Source: a virus
Lineage: Duplodnaviria > Heunggongvirae > Uroviricota > Caudoviricetes
Length of the DNA stretch: 39,306 nucleotides
Strand: one strand, 5' to 3'
IMG/VR virus record: IMGVR_UViG_3300025693_000001
The translations under genes and the position numbers were made by a program. This document shows, in pieces, positions 1-9,423 of this stretch. Each line of letters opens with the position of its first letter. Position 1 is the stretch's first letter. A model generated the notes under the pieces. The model was not told the origin of the DNA, did not search any database, and saw nothing but the letters and a program-made list of their open reading frames with translations.

Positions 1-333
1 ATCTTTTTGTTCCCATGTAACCATATTTCCTTCGATATCGTAACCATGCTCATATATTTGTTGTTGTTCGAACAAGTACGTTAGTGATCTCATCACACTG
101 TTGCACGCAATATTAATACCTGAGGTAGATGTATCGTAACGAACTCGATCGTTTACATCCGTTCCCACCACAATCGATCCATCATCACAAAACCTTATGG
201 TCGACGTTGCAGCATTCCTAGCACACACCACAACGGACTCATTATCCATTGTTCGGTATCCGGTTATGATGTTGTTCGTATCCAACACAAACAATTTAGT
301 TATAATCGATTGAATTAGGTTAGCTCTTATCAT
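1..333 (-). CDS. hypothetical protein, runs off window edge (ends in a YD-like segment)
   Basis: My translation: ATG at 333 overlaps upstream TGA; open to position 1 (MIRANLIQ...YEHGYDIEGNMVTWEQKD); not in ORF track. Confidence 0.7.
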   Translation of the reverse strand, partial: MIRANLIQSIITKLFVLDTNNIITGYRTMDNESVVVCARNAATSTIRFCDDGSIVVGTDVNDRVRYDTSTSGINIACNSVMRSLTYLFEQQQIYEHGYDIEGNMVTWEQKD

Positions 334-677
334 TCACACCACCCATTCAATAAGTCGTTCTCTGTTAGTTCCCGTGGGGGATAGATTGGTTTGGGTTTGG
401 TTGTCAAATATTCACTTATGTATTCAATTTGATCACCAATGCGATCAATGTCATGAATCGTTCGCACTAATATACTAACATCCGGTGCGTTGGATTTTAT
501 CAACATTGTATACAAATCTTCGTTATATGTCAACTCCACCCATATAGGAGTATGCCTGCACACCCACTCCATGCGGAATGATGTTTGTGTTATGTTGATG
601 CGTGGGGAGTTACACCCACATATCTGAGCAGATCGCAACGACAATGGAAGTCGCTCGAACAATGATAGTGTGTTCAT
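330..677 (-). CDS. hypothetical protein
   Basis: 115 aa ORF in a stop/start-coupled chain. Confidence 0.7.
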   Translation of the reverse strand: MNTLSLFERLPLSLRSAQICGCNSPRINITQTSFRMEWVCRHTPIWVELTYNEDLYTMLIKSNAPDVSILVRTIHDIDRIGDQIEYISEYLTTKPKPIYPPRELTENDLLNGWCE

Positions 678-871
678 TCCTGCATCCTAAATTCGATATA
701 GTCACTGTATATACCAATACGAGCGTTGTTGGCTAAGTCACCAATCCCTTGCTCTTTGAATTCGGTATAATCATCACCAGATTGTTGTAGTGTACTGTGC
801 ATGCGATTGACTAGATATTCTCCATAACCAATATATCCACACAACACTAAAATTACGACATATTTGGTCAT
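674..871 (-). CDS. small membrane protein
   Basis: ATG 871 overlaps upstream stop; N-terminal hydrophobic YVVILVLCGYIGYG. Confidence 0.65.
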   Translation of the reverse strand: MTKYVVILVLCGYIGYGEYLVNRMHSTLQQSGDDYTEFKEQGIGDLANNARIGIYSDYIEFRMQE

Positions 872-1107
872 TCTATACTCCCATAAAACCAATAATTCCA
901 ACCATTGTTACATTCATACACACCGCCTTGTTGCCGTCTGCGTCTAGTAAACCATCTAGGTTTTGTAACTTCAGTGTAGTCATCGATATCACAATCGTAT
1001 TCAGTTAATGTGAATTCGATTAACACTCGTTGTGCACTCTTCTTAATAATCTTACCAGGGCGACCTCTACCAAGTTTACCATCCTGGTATACCATACAAT
1101 CTAACAT
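868..1107 (-). CDS. hypothetical protein
   Basis: 79 aa, coupled to neighbours. Confidence 0.7.
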   Translation of the reverse strand: MLDCMVYQDGKLGRGRPGKIIKKSAQRVLIEFTLTEYDCDIDDYTEVTKPRWFTRRRRQQGGVYECNNGWNYWFYGSIE

Positions 1108-1628
1108 TTCAACTTCTCCCGTACTTCCATTAATGCAAATCCCAATAAATTCTTACCATGCCACTTAGTTGGTATCTTAGCGTGGTGGTGTCTAGCTATC
1201 AACCCAATCCCCCACACGTGGTCATATGGGGAAGCTTCAACTAAAATGCTATCTCCAGTAGCTAACAACGCTTCTTTCATGTGCTCATCTTGGGAGAATT
1301 TCAACAAATTTCCTGCTACAACGATATCAAACTTGTGTTCATCCCACACTGCATTATCAAAATCTTTGACCAATCTACCCATTTTCTTGACCTCTCTGGG
1401 GTCACGCTCATATAACATGCGTACCGCTAGTGTGTGATCTTCAAACAACATGGCCTTCTTAACCATCATATATTGTTCAGCACTGGTGTATTCTGTGGTT
1501 CCATCGGTAAATGTGTTACTAACATACCATTGACTGGCACAACCTAAGTTACCAGTTACCCGCCAAAAGAATTCATACGAAAATTCTTGACCTTCCATAC
1601 CCAGAGCTACTAATTGTTGTACGTTCAT
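1101..1628 (-). CDS. ybiA: NADAR (YbiA-like) family protein
   Basis: Family motifs SQWY, YTSAEQYMMVKKAMLF, KKMGRLVKDFD..WD, N..KFSQ, LVEASPYD.VWGIG, G.NLLGFALMEVR. Confidence 0.92.
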   Translation of the reverse strand: MNVQQLVALGMEGQEFSYEFFWRVTGNLGCASQWYVSNTFTDGTTEYTSAEQYMMVKKAMLFEDHTLAVRMLYERDPREVKKMGRLVKDFDNAVWDEHKFDIVVAGNLLKFSQDEHMKEALLATGDSILVEASPYDHVWGIGLIARHHHAKIPTKWHGKNLLGFALMEVREKLKC

Positions 1629-2050
1629 TCGTTTTCCTCATCATCTCTTTCAATGCTACCTTCCTCACCACATTTAGGGCAAGGAGCAAATTCTCCGTTG
1701 GCGTAGTTTGTTCCTGCTGCTACATATCCGATTTCGTCACCAAACAATTCCAAGCCACAATGACTGCATGAGAATCTAGCTTCTGGTCCTGCCGGATTTG
1801 TTCCACTTCGACAACTATGTTTCATGCCTGCCAATTCAGTATCAGTGCCCCACTCCTCACTAAAAGCTTCTGCAACTGGTGGTGGATTGAAATGTGGGGT
1901 CAAGTGGTTGGTGATTAACGTAAGCACACAATCCAATGAGCTACACGGAAGAACAAAGTCCTTAATTGTTGGTTCATTCGATTCGATCCTAATAACAACT
2001 TTCCCGTCGTCTGAGGGGATAATATGCATATTTGATACACTCATCGCCAT
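1625..2050 (-). CDS. hypothetical protein with C-terminal zinc ribbon
   Basis: CSHC...CPKC. Confidence 0.7.
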   Translation of the reverse strand: MAMSVSNMHIIPSDDGKVVIRIESNEPTIKDFVLPCSSLDCVLTLITNHLTPHFNPPPVAEAFSEEWGTDTELAGMKHSCRSGTNPAGPEARFSCSHCGLELFGDEIGYVAAGTNYANGEFAPCPKCGEEGSIERDDEENE

Positions 2051-2250
2051 CCTCCAAAAGGAGGGGCACCTGTTTTAATGCATTCTTTAACTACACCAAC
2101 AGCTTCGTCGTATAACTCGGGGTTCATTTGTTTGTCCTCGTCTTCGAATAAAACCCATATCATACCGTAACGCGTGCAAGAAGTCCACCCTCCGATATCA
2201 AACAATGGTAGTTCGTGGTTTCGTATGTCAGACATACACACTCCAATCAA
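2041..2250 (-). CDS. hypothetical protein
   Basis: 69 aa, in chain; start uncertain. Confidence 0.6.
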   Translation of the reverse strand: MIGVCMSDIRNHELPLFDIGGWTSCTRYGMIWVLFEDEDKQMNPELYDEAVGVVKECIKTGAPPFGGWR

Positions 2251-2491
2251 CAGCTTCCGTCACCAGATTGGGATCGATAACCTTGTATGGCAACTCTTTT
2301 TCTTTCAGGTGAGCAATAGCACCAATGCATGGTTTCGTTGGCTCATCGTGACACGCCCAAGTTTTTCCGTGATCGATTCGCATCTTAATGATTTCGTATG
2401 GCGATGGTAAGCACCCATACCCTTGTGCAATTTCGCTAGCGTCTGTGTAAGCAAACGGACAGGTGTTGAATATATCTTGTGGGCACGTCAT
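2228..2491 (-). CDS. Cys-rich hypothetical phage protein
   Basis: CPF..GCLP..WACH..PC pattern. Confidence 0.7.
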   Translation of the reverse strand: MTCPQDIFNTCPFAYTDASEIAQGYGCLPSPYEIIKMRIDHGKTWACHDEPTKPCIGAIAHLKEKELPYKVIDPNLVTEAVDWSVYV

Positions 2492-2492
2492 A

Positions 2493-3302
2493 TCATAACT
2501 CCCTAAACATTGTTTCTACGCGTTGGACGAATTGAATGAATTCAGGTTGTACCATAATGTCCTCGCGCCATGTCAACCCTAATGCTTTCAGGTCGAATTT
2601 GTGTCTTATAACAGCACCAGGTATTTTATTTCCCGATTCATCTCGTTCGTGTCCCATGATCCACACTTGATCGGCTATACTTGCCGCATCGTTGATGTTG
2701 TGAGATACTACAACAGTTGTATTCTTTTCATCCATCAATGATATTTCTTTGATCATATCTTTGACTTCATCTTTCATGACGATATCCAAGCCGGAAAATG
2801 GTTCATCCATCAACAAGAACTTGTGGCCAATTAAAATCTGTTGTAGAATGGCTATTCGTTGACGCTGACCACCAGATAACTCACCAGGATATGAATCTTC
2901 TTTATCGGCCATGTGGAATCTATCCAAGGCTGATTTTATTTTAGACTTGATGTTGGTAGGATCAGGTGAGCGTTCCAACGCTATTCTGAGGTTGTTGTAT
3001 ATTGTTCGGTTGTGGAATAATGGGTAATCCTGAGCAATGATACCAACATCCCCTGGTACAATTTGCTTCTGATCGATAGCAACCATCCCTTCTTTTGGAG
3101 TAATCAAGCCTGTTAGTATTTTAAACAGTTGTGTCTTACCACATCCACTAGGACCTAACAAAGCAATGATTTGTCCCTGATTTACACCCGTCCGTTTAAT
3201 ATTCTTCACACCAAATGATATATCCCGTAGGATGTGTTTACCATCAATGAAATGATTAACATTTGTTGCTTCGAATATAACATCGCCTAATTCATAATTC
3301 AT
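2493..3302 (-). CDS. ABC transporter ATP-binding subunit (TauB/SsuB-like)
   Basis: Walker A GPSGCGKT, signature LSGGQRQR, Walker B LLMDEPFSGLD, H-loop VVVSH; start moved to ATG 3302 with AGGA RBS. Confidence 0.95.
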   Translation of the reverse strand: MNYELGDVIFEATNVNHFIDGKHILRDISFGVKNIKRTGVNQGQIIALLGPSGCGKTQLFKILTGLITPKEGMVAIDQKQIVPGDVGIIAQDYPLFHNRTIYNNLRIALERSPDPTNIKSKIKSALDRFHMADKEDSYPGELSGGQRQRIAILQQILIGHKFLLMDEPFSGLDIVMKDEVKDMIKEISLMDEKNTTVVVSHNINDAASIADQVWIMGHERDESGNKIPGAVIRHKFDLKALGLTWREDIMVQPEFIQFVQRVETMFREL

Positions 3303-4092
3303 GGTGCGTTCCTGTTGAAATTGCTGCATATGGACAAAAAACGTATTTGAGATTCTTAATGGAGTAGTATAACACCATTCCGGTGAATAAGATAACTATC
3401 TGCATTGCAAAAACTTCTGCTAGGTGGAAATGTTTCTCTTGGTCTTTCAATAAAATACCAATACCACCACCAGATCTCACAGTTCCTTCTACCGTAGCCA
3501 ACATCATCCATGATATTGCTATGTTCTGACCAAGACAATCAAACATCTTGTGTGCTGTTCCAAGTATAACAACCTCATACAACGTCTCCAGAGGGCTAAA
3601 CTTTAACGACTTAGCTAAGTCAAAGTTCTTCTGGGGAATACTCCACACAACTTCAATCATACTCGTTGTCAAGAATACACTCATTGAAAATACTAACAAC
3701 GCTAACTTCAATGACTCACCACCATCAAATGACATCGTGAATATATAGATTACCCCACTCAATCCCATAAAACGACACGTAGCGAAGATCATTCCAATTG
3801 GTAGACCAACAGCAAACTTGGAAAAGTACGCGAAGAATAACGATAGTGTAGCTGAATACAATACCGCTTTGAGTGTTAGTATCGAACTAATCAATAGGTG
3901 GTGTGGAAAATTGATTTCCAATAACGTCGGAAACGCAAACAAGATATCAATTGGTGATGGGTTCATTTTAACTGTACTCATCCACCAAACCAACAACAAC
4001 AATAACACTTCCGCTATAGCAATTATAATATATGTGGTTGTACTTGGTTTGATGTTCGGTGTATACAAATACTTAGGTATGTACTTTAACAT
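3292..4092 (-). CDS. ABC transporter permease (SsuC/TauC-like)
   Basis: ~6 hydrophobic helices; EAA-like loop DLAKSLKFSPLETLYEVV; MMLATVEG..RSGGGIG. Confidence 0.88.
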   Translation of the reverse strand: MLKYIPKYLYTPNIKPSTTTYIIIAIAEVLLLLLVWWMSTVKMNPSPIDILFAFPTLLEINFPHHLLISSILTLKAVLYSATLSLFFAYFSKFAVGLPIGMIFATCRFMGLSGVIYIFTMSFDGGESLKLALLVFSMSVFLTTSMIEVVWSIPQKNFDLAKSLKFSPLETLYEVVILGTAHKMFDCLGQNIAISWMMLATVEGTVRSGGGIGILLKDQEKHFHLAEVFAMQIVILFTGMVLYYSIKNLKYVFCPYAAISTGTHHEL

Positions 4093-4111
4093 TGTTGATG
4101 CCCTTATACGA

Positions 4112-4135
4112 GAAAACCGGATTGCTCCGGTTTTC
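4112..4135 (-). terminator. stem-loop after the binding-protein gene (terminator/mRNA stabiliser)
   Basis: Minus strand GAAAACCGGA-GCAA-TCCGGTTTTC, GNRA loop. Confidence 0.65.
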
Positions 4136-4157
4136 AGTGTTAATTAAATGTGTTGTG

Positions 4158-5921
4158 TTATTTTACTAACCAGATCTCAACACGACGATTCAAAGCTCTT
4201 CCAGTTGGTGTTGCATTTGTTGCAATTGGATCATCCTGACCATGTGCGACTGTATCGATTCGAGCGTCTGGGAAAGTCTTGGAGTAGTTTGATGTTACCC
4301 AAGTCTTGACTGCATTAGCACGCTTACCGGATAGAATTGCATTGCCAGCAGCTGAACCAGTACTATCAGTGTATCCATGAATCTGTAGCTTTAGCCCTGT
4401 AAGTGCTTGTTCTTCAACGATTTTTGCTAATGTTGGTTTTGAGGCTTCGGTAAAGTTGGCGCTACCAGTTCTGAATGCTAGCTTCCACACTTTCTTGCCG
4501 ACCACTGTTGAAGTGGTATCGGTTGAAGAGAATGTTGGTGTGAAAGGTTTAACATTAATGTTAGCATCATCTACACGTTTCATCAAAGCTTGGATGAATG
4601 ATTTGTTGATAACTTCGTTCGCATCTGGTAACACTTTGATCAGATCTGGATATTGACTCTGAGCAACTTGACCACGACCATTTAATACTGCTGTCATAAC
4701 ATCTACTTGACCAGCTCGTAAACCGAAAGTATTGATTGCATCACCCAAGTTGTTAGCATATGAACCACCAACCTCGACACCTTTTACTGTATAGCCTTTG
4801 TACGCTTTGGCCCAGTATGCACCATTTTCTTCTTTGTAGATTGCTGCACTTGTTGTTGCTGATACTAATAAGTCTGCATCGGATGCATTTACTCGTGTAC
4901 CACCTTCAAGTACTGCGGCTAACATATTTTCTACATCAGCTCTGTTATCTTCTGCAAATTGTTTGATGGTGATAACTGTAGTTGGCATCAACCACATATA
5001 ATCATCTTTTGTTGAAGCTACGGTAACAATCGGACGTTCACCTCGTGCTACAACATCATCACCTGGGAACCAAGTACCAACACCATCAACACATACTTTC
5101 TTAGAAGATCCAGTCTTAACACCGTTAGAGATAACTGGTCGTGTTTCACAATAATTGCTTAACCACTTGTTATCTGCTTCTACGAATGAATCGACGTGAA
5201 CCCAGTTTACTTTATCAGGATCGTATGTTGTTGAATCTGGATTGTTTGCTACACCATTACTACCCATGTAAGCGAAACAAATATCTTCATCACCATCTGC
5301 TTTAACAGCTGCGATCAAAGAACCTCTTAATTTGTTCTTTAATGCTTCTGGAGAGGCCATACATTGATCTTCACCTCGTGAGAACCCAACACCAGCAACA
5401 ATCTGTGCAATATAGTTTGGTCCTAACTTAGTTCGTAGTTGTTCATTTAACTCTGCAACAAATGCTGGAGCTCCGTTACCCATGATGGTAACAAACTGAA
5501 CACCTTTTGATGTGTGAGTGTCACCTTTGGAATATGCTTCCGCGAATGTCACTAAATCGTTTTGCATTTGTGAATATGAATCTTGGCGTGAGATTGTCAC
5601 ATCCAGCCCATATTGTTTCATTAAGCTGTTTTCACCACTAACAGCGAACATCGCACCTGACATACCATTCCAAGGAATGGTGGCCCATCGATAACTCATT
5701 GGACCGGATGCCGTTACCGGTGATACATATTCGGTAATCGGTGCTGTCGAAATTGTCAGATCTTTACCCATCGGAATGAGATTGTTTGGAATTGCTGGAG
5801 CTTCTGCTACGATAGGATCATACTCTTGTACTAAGTACTGACCTCCGAAGATAAAAATTCCTACACCAACGAACATCAAGATGAATTTTGATCCGATTCC
5901 TAATTTGCCTTTTCTAGCCAT
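4158..5921 (-). CDS. membrane-anchored ABC substrate-binding protein (SsuA/NMT1-like) fused to C-terminal OmpA-like domain
   Basis: N-terminal TM; PBP-like core; C-terminal IHGYTDSTGS..GN..LSGKRANAVK...HGQDDP.ATN.T..GRALNRRVEI. Confidence 0.88.
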   Translation of the reverse strand: MARKGKLGIGSKFILMFVGVGIFIFGGQYLVQEYDPIVAEAPAIPNNLIPMGKDLTISTAPITEYVSPVTASGPMSYRWATIPWNGMSGAMFAVSGENSLMKQYGLDVTISRQDSYSQMQNDLVTFAEAYSKGDTHTSKGVQFVTIMGNGAPAFVAELNEQLRTKLGPNYIAQIVAGVGFSRGEDQCMASPEALKNKLRGSLIAAVKADGDEDICFAYMGSNGVANNPDSTTYDPDKVNWVHVDSFVEADNKWLSNYCETRPVISNGVKTGSSKKVCVDGVGTWFPGDDVVARGERPIVTVASTKDDYMWLMPTTVITIKQFAEDNRADVENMLAAVLEGGTRVNASDADLLVSATTSAAIYKEENGAYWAKAYKGYTVKGVEVGGSYANNLGDAINTFGLRAGQVDVMTAVLNGRGQVAQSQYPDLIKVLPDANEVINKSFIQALMKRVDDANINVKPFTPTFSSTDTTSTVVGKKVWKLAFRTGSANFTEASKPTLAKIVEEQALTGLKLQIHGYTDSTGSAAGNAILSGKRANAVKTWVTSNYSKTFPDARIDTVAHGQDDPIATNATPTGRALNRRVEIWLVK

Positions 5922-5937
5922 GTTTATAATACCTTTG

Positions 5938-6861
5938 TTATTTTAAGTTAATAAATTCTTGTTGAGTAATAAGCATCCCATTTGTGTTCTGCTCAAGTTG
6001 TTTAAGTAGTTCAAATCCTTTATCTTCGTACATTCCATTTTCCAAATCTATTGAAGCTGATATTTCATTCGTTACGAACATCATATCATCCAGCTCTCCG
6101 AGCATTAAGTCAACTTGATCTGCCATATGATCCATCGATAATTCGAAAAGCTCATCACGCTTGCTATCACCTTTCAGTAAGTACAATGCTGATGATATTG
6201 CTGATCTAGCACCCTTACTCGCTTCAAACTCTTTGATCTTGATGTTTACATCATCTTCCAGGTCTTCAATCTTGTAACCCGAATTCATGTAGATCTTCTC
6301 TAAGATACGTAACAAATATTCCATTTTGTTATATAACTCTTGCAAACCTGCGACAGAATTTTGACGACGACCAGCTTTTCTGGTTCTTAATCGAAATTCA
6401 GCTGCATTACCCTCTTGTTCGGCTTTTTTGGCCATACGCAAGGTGTCGTCGATTTCCTGTTTGCTTGACGAGATAGTTGACATCAACGATTTAGCGTTTA
6501 CTCTTAGGTCCTTAACGTGAGCTTGCATATCATCTCGTTTGTCTTTTAGACTCTCGATGTGATTCTTTACAATCCCTACCGGATCTACTGTAACGAATAA
6601 ACTAGCAATGAAACGTGTAACACTTTTAAAAGTATGCCAAGCAATTGCATGGAATGTTCCATTACTCAAAACAGCCACCATGAGGAATAACGCGATAGCT
6701 AAAAATATAGTCTGTATCGTATTGGTCAACATGATGATGATAAAAGGTAACAACATCCAAGCACCATACGCTACTCCAAATGTTATAAGGGCTGTTATAC
6801 CCATACCGAAGATACCTTCTTTACGTTCCCAGAATGATCTAGGTATTAATTCATTGCTCAT
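5938..6861 (-). CDS. membrane-anchored PspA/IM30-like coiled-coil protein
   Basis: Two N-terminal TM helices, then DPVGIVKNHIESLKD and KKAEQEGNAAEFRL recalling PspA DP..L..I..M and A..G.E.LA motifs. Confidence 0.62.
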   Translation of the reverse strand: MSNELIPRSFWERKEGIFGMGITALITFGVAYGAWMLLPFIIIMLTNTIQTIFLAIALFLMVAVLSNGTFHAIAWHTFKSVTRFIASLFVTVDPVGIVKNHIESLKDKRDDMQAHVKDLRVNAKSLMSTISSSKQEIDDTLRMAKKAEQEGNAAEFRLRTRKAGRRQNSVAGLQELYNKMEYLLRILEKIYMNSGYKIEDLEDDVNIKIKEFEASKGARSAISSALYLLKGDSKRDELFELSMDHMADQVDLMLGELDDMMFVTNEISASIDLENGMYEDKGFELLKQLEQNTNGMLITQQEFINLK

Positions 6862-7445
6862 TTTTTCTCACTGTTGTTGATTAATAATTTGGTTTGGTTG
6901 TTTATCTGCGCAAGTATACCATCATACTCATCTTCGATATCACTATTGAACTTGATGTTGGTGTCTTCGAACCGATCCAGTGCTTCTGATAGATTGTCAC
7001 GGATATGCAACAGTTTATCAACTTCTACTCGTTTTAGTCCAATTTCATTTTCGATCTCTTCCAATTCAGACACACACGAAGCTGCATCTGTCTGCATCTC
7101 TTGTGCAGCAGCATGAACGCGTTTTTGTTCTGATTCAGCCAATGACTGCTTACAATCATTATATAAACCTAACAATACTGTTGCATCCACATCTGGATAT
7201 TTCTGCTTCGTGTTAATCAATACAATAGCCATTAACTGACGATCATCTTTGATCGCTGCCGCAAATAAATCCCACTGCTCTTCGAAATATACAATCTCTG
7301 GTGGCAAATTGTTACTGAACTCATCCGTTAATGATACGGCTGAGGTGTTCGGTTCGGCTCTTATCTTGGTTGGTTGTGTGTGCACTTCAGCTTGATCTGC
7401 TGTTTCGTCATCACCTGAAACCCAAAATATATCTTGTAAACCCAT
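6858..7445 (-). CDS. acidic helical hypothetical protein, first gene of the ABC/OmpA operon
   Basis: 195 aa, coupled to PspA-like gene; RBS AGAGAGGT. Confidence 0.75.
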   Translation of the reverse strand: MGLQDIFWVSGDDETADQAEVHTQPTKIRAEPNTSAVSLTDEFSNNLPPEIVYFEEQWDLFAAAIKDDRQLMAIVLINTKQKYPDVDATVLLGLYNDCKQSLAESEQKRVHAAAQEMQTDAASCVSELEEIENEIGLKRVEVDKLLHIRDNLSEALDRFEDTNIKFNSDIEDEYDGILAQINNQTKLLINNSEKK

Positions 7446-7479
7446 GTTGTACCTCTCTTGCTTGTTTGATAAAAGACAT

Positions 7480-7508
7480 ATGATACATTAGGTTACCCTA
7501 AATGTCAA
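7480..7508 (-). promoter_or_regulatory. sigma70-type promoter of the 7445-2493 operon
   Basis: TTGACA-17-TATCAT; spacer contains TTAGG-GTAA-CCTAA inverted repeat. Confidence 0.75.
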
Positions 7509-7723
7509 CTATCATATGTGTGTAATACTATTTTAAATTTGGTCCCCGTTGGACTGTTTCGTATAAGTTGGTGGATTTTGTGAATAACTCCAAATACATC
7601 ACGGAATCCCTTAAAAGATACGAAAGCCTCACCGTAATCACCACCGAGTTGAGACTGCCACGCATCTGTTGAGTGTGGTTCAACCACCACTCCATTGCAC
7701 ACTGTGGTTTTGCTTATTTCCAT
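7505..7723 (-). CDS. hypothetical protein
   Basis: 72 aa, AGGA RBS. Confidence 0.65.
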   Translation of the reverse strand: MEISKTTVCNGVVVEPHSTDAWQSQLGGDYGEAFVSFKGFRDVFGVIHKIHQLIRNSPTGTKFKIVLHTYDS

Positions 7724-7738
7724 AATACATTCCTTCTT

Positions 7739-8098
7739 TTAATTTTTGCTTGCAATATATTGTTGTAATTTTATTGGTAGTTTATCGACATCTACTTTTG
7801 ATACATATTTGAGAATATCTTCTGGGGTGTTGTTCAAATCATATGCATAACATAATTGAATGAACAACGCGAGTTCATAATCTCTGAAAAACTCAAGGTA
7901 CGGAACGTAAGTATATGGTTCGAATTCACCTTGATGCATTTCATCAACCCACAGTATCTTCTCACCGTTCATTAAACGGAGACCGTATTTCTTGTTGGTT
8001 TTGGTTACCCCAACTCCGGACAATGCGATGAAAGCCCAACAAAAAAATGCAACACCCAGTATTATCAGTCCAATTGCCACTATTGATATTGTACACAT
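7739..8098 (-). CDS. membrane-anchored hypothetical protein
   Basis: N-terminal TM helix. Confidence 0.7.
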   Translation of the reverse strand: MCTISIVAIGLIILGVAFFCWAFIALSGVGVTKTNKKYGLRLMNGEKILWVDEMHQGEFEPYTYVPYLEFFRDYELALFIQLCYAYDLNNTPEDILKYVSKVDVDKLPIKLQQYIASKN

Positions 8099-8538
8099 TA
8101 TAATATTCCTGCAGTTATTATTTTGGCTCTAATTGAGTTGGTTATTGGGTCTTCTGATTGAGTGTTGTGCATTAGGTACATTGAATACATCTTAGTATAA
8201 TTAGGTGGTGATCCGATGGTACGAAATACAGCTTGACCACCAACACTATGAAATCTATTTCGTAGCAAATGACCGACATAGTCAACATTCGGATCATCTA
8301 TAGCAAGACCTCGAAAAGGTATATTACAATCTTGGTGCATTCTCAACACGTTCATGTAAAACTCCCCAGAATTCAAATCCATATCTGGTTGCAAATCTTC
8401 ACACAATTCGTGATATAGATTTGCATATCCGTTTTTCAAAATGCTTATCTCTTCGGTGTGGTCACAAAATTTATCTGCAGCCATCAATAACTTGTATTGG
8501 TTAATCAACGTCAACCGTTCAACTTTGGTTAGATTCAT
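8098..8538 (-). CDS. yfbU: YfbU family protein
   Basis: MNLTKVERLTLINQYKLL..ILKNGY..Y, PFRGL, H..NYTKMYSMYL align with YfbU (QRLILSNQY..I.RGY..FLGFD..KY.RML). Confidence 0.75.
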   Translation of the reverse strand: MNLTKVERLTLINQYKLLMAADKFCDHTEEISILKNGYANLYHELCEDLQPDMDLNSGEFYMNVLRMHQDCNIPFRGLAIDDPNVDYVGHLLRNRFHSVGGQAVFRTIGSPPNYTKMYSMYLMHNTQSEDPITNSIRAKIITAGIL

Positions 8539-8762
8539 GATACTTTCTGCTTACATTCAATTACATTACAATCAGAAAAGGAACATGCATGTTTACTATA
8601 CATGTGTTTCTTACGATTACTGTACACCTTGATTTTATTGTGATAAACGATTATAGCTCGATCACCGTCGCTGTCATAATATGCATCACCACCACCAGGT
8701 GTCACTTCCAAAAACTCATACCCTTCAAACCAATCAGGCTCTTTAAAATTGCATCGTCTCAT
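8535..8762 (-). CDS. hypothetical protein
   Basis: 75 aa, coupled. Confidence 0.65.
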   Translation of the reverse strand: MRRCNFKEPDWFEGYEFLEVTPGGGDAYYDSDGDRAIIVYHNKIKVYSNRKKHMYSKHACSFSDCNVIECKQKVS

Positions 8763-9352
8763 TTTAATGCCTTACAAACAGCAGGAAACCAATCCATCAC
8801 ACCAACTCCAGAAGTATCGAATTGGATTCGTTGTCCGTTATACATTATCACAACAAAATCGTATGTGCTGATGATGCGGTACAGTATCTCTGTCACTGTT
8901 GGATCCACAACACCAACACTATCAGCACTGGTAATGTTGTTATCAAATTCAAACATCCGTATAACATCCTTTTTGTATACAATGGTTATCTTATCAGCTT
9001 CGTCAATGGATGGTGCTTCAATTATGAATGTCATACCTACAGAGTCAGAACAACTCACGGCTAGTTGCGTTTGGTCTGCCGGATCGATTGATTTCAGTTG
9101 CAATCGTGCATACCACTCATCAGTTGCTGAGTCTCTGGTCTTAATACCGTGAATATAATCTTCCACCTGATGATCAGTATTGGGAAAATAATCATACGTA
9201 AACGCGTTATCGTTGTGTTTGGTTTCAACGTACGACTGACTAACGTGTTGGTAAGAATCCACAGACAGTAGCATCACCAATATCAGTGCTCCTATCACCC
9301 ACGCGATAATACCAGACCAAACAGTCGTTGGAAGATCTCTCAATTTACTCAT
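8759..9352 (-). CDS. exported/membrane-anchored hypothetical protein
   Basis: N-terminal TM plus beta-rich domain. Confidence 0.75.
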   Translation of the reverse strand: MSKLRDLPTTVWSGIIAWVIGALILVMLLSVDSYQHVSQSYVETKHNDNAFTYDYFPNTDHQVEDYIHGIKTRDSATDEWYARLQLKSIDPADQTQLAVSCSDSVGMTFIIEAPSIDEADKITIVYKKDVIRMFEFDNNITSADSVGVVDPTVTEILYRIISTYDFVVIMYNGQRIQFDTSGVGVMDWFPAVCKALK

Positions 9353-9423
9353 GTTGTATAACCCTTTTCATCTCAAAAAATAACATAATACCCCAATACT
9401 GTTATCAGATCAACCGAGCTTAT

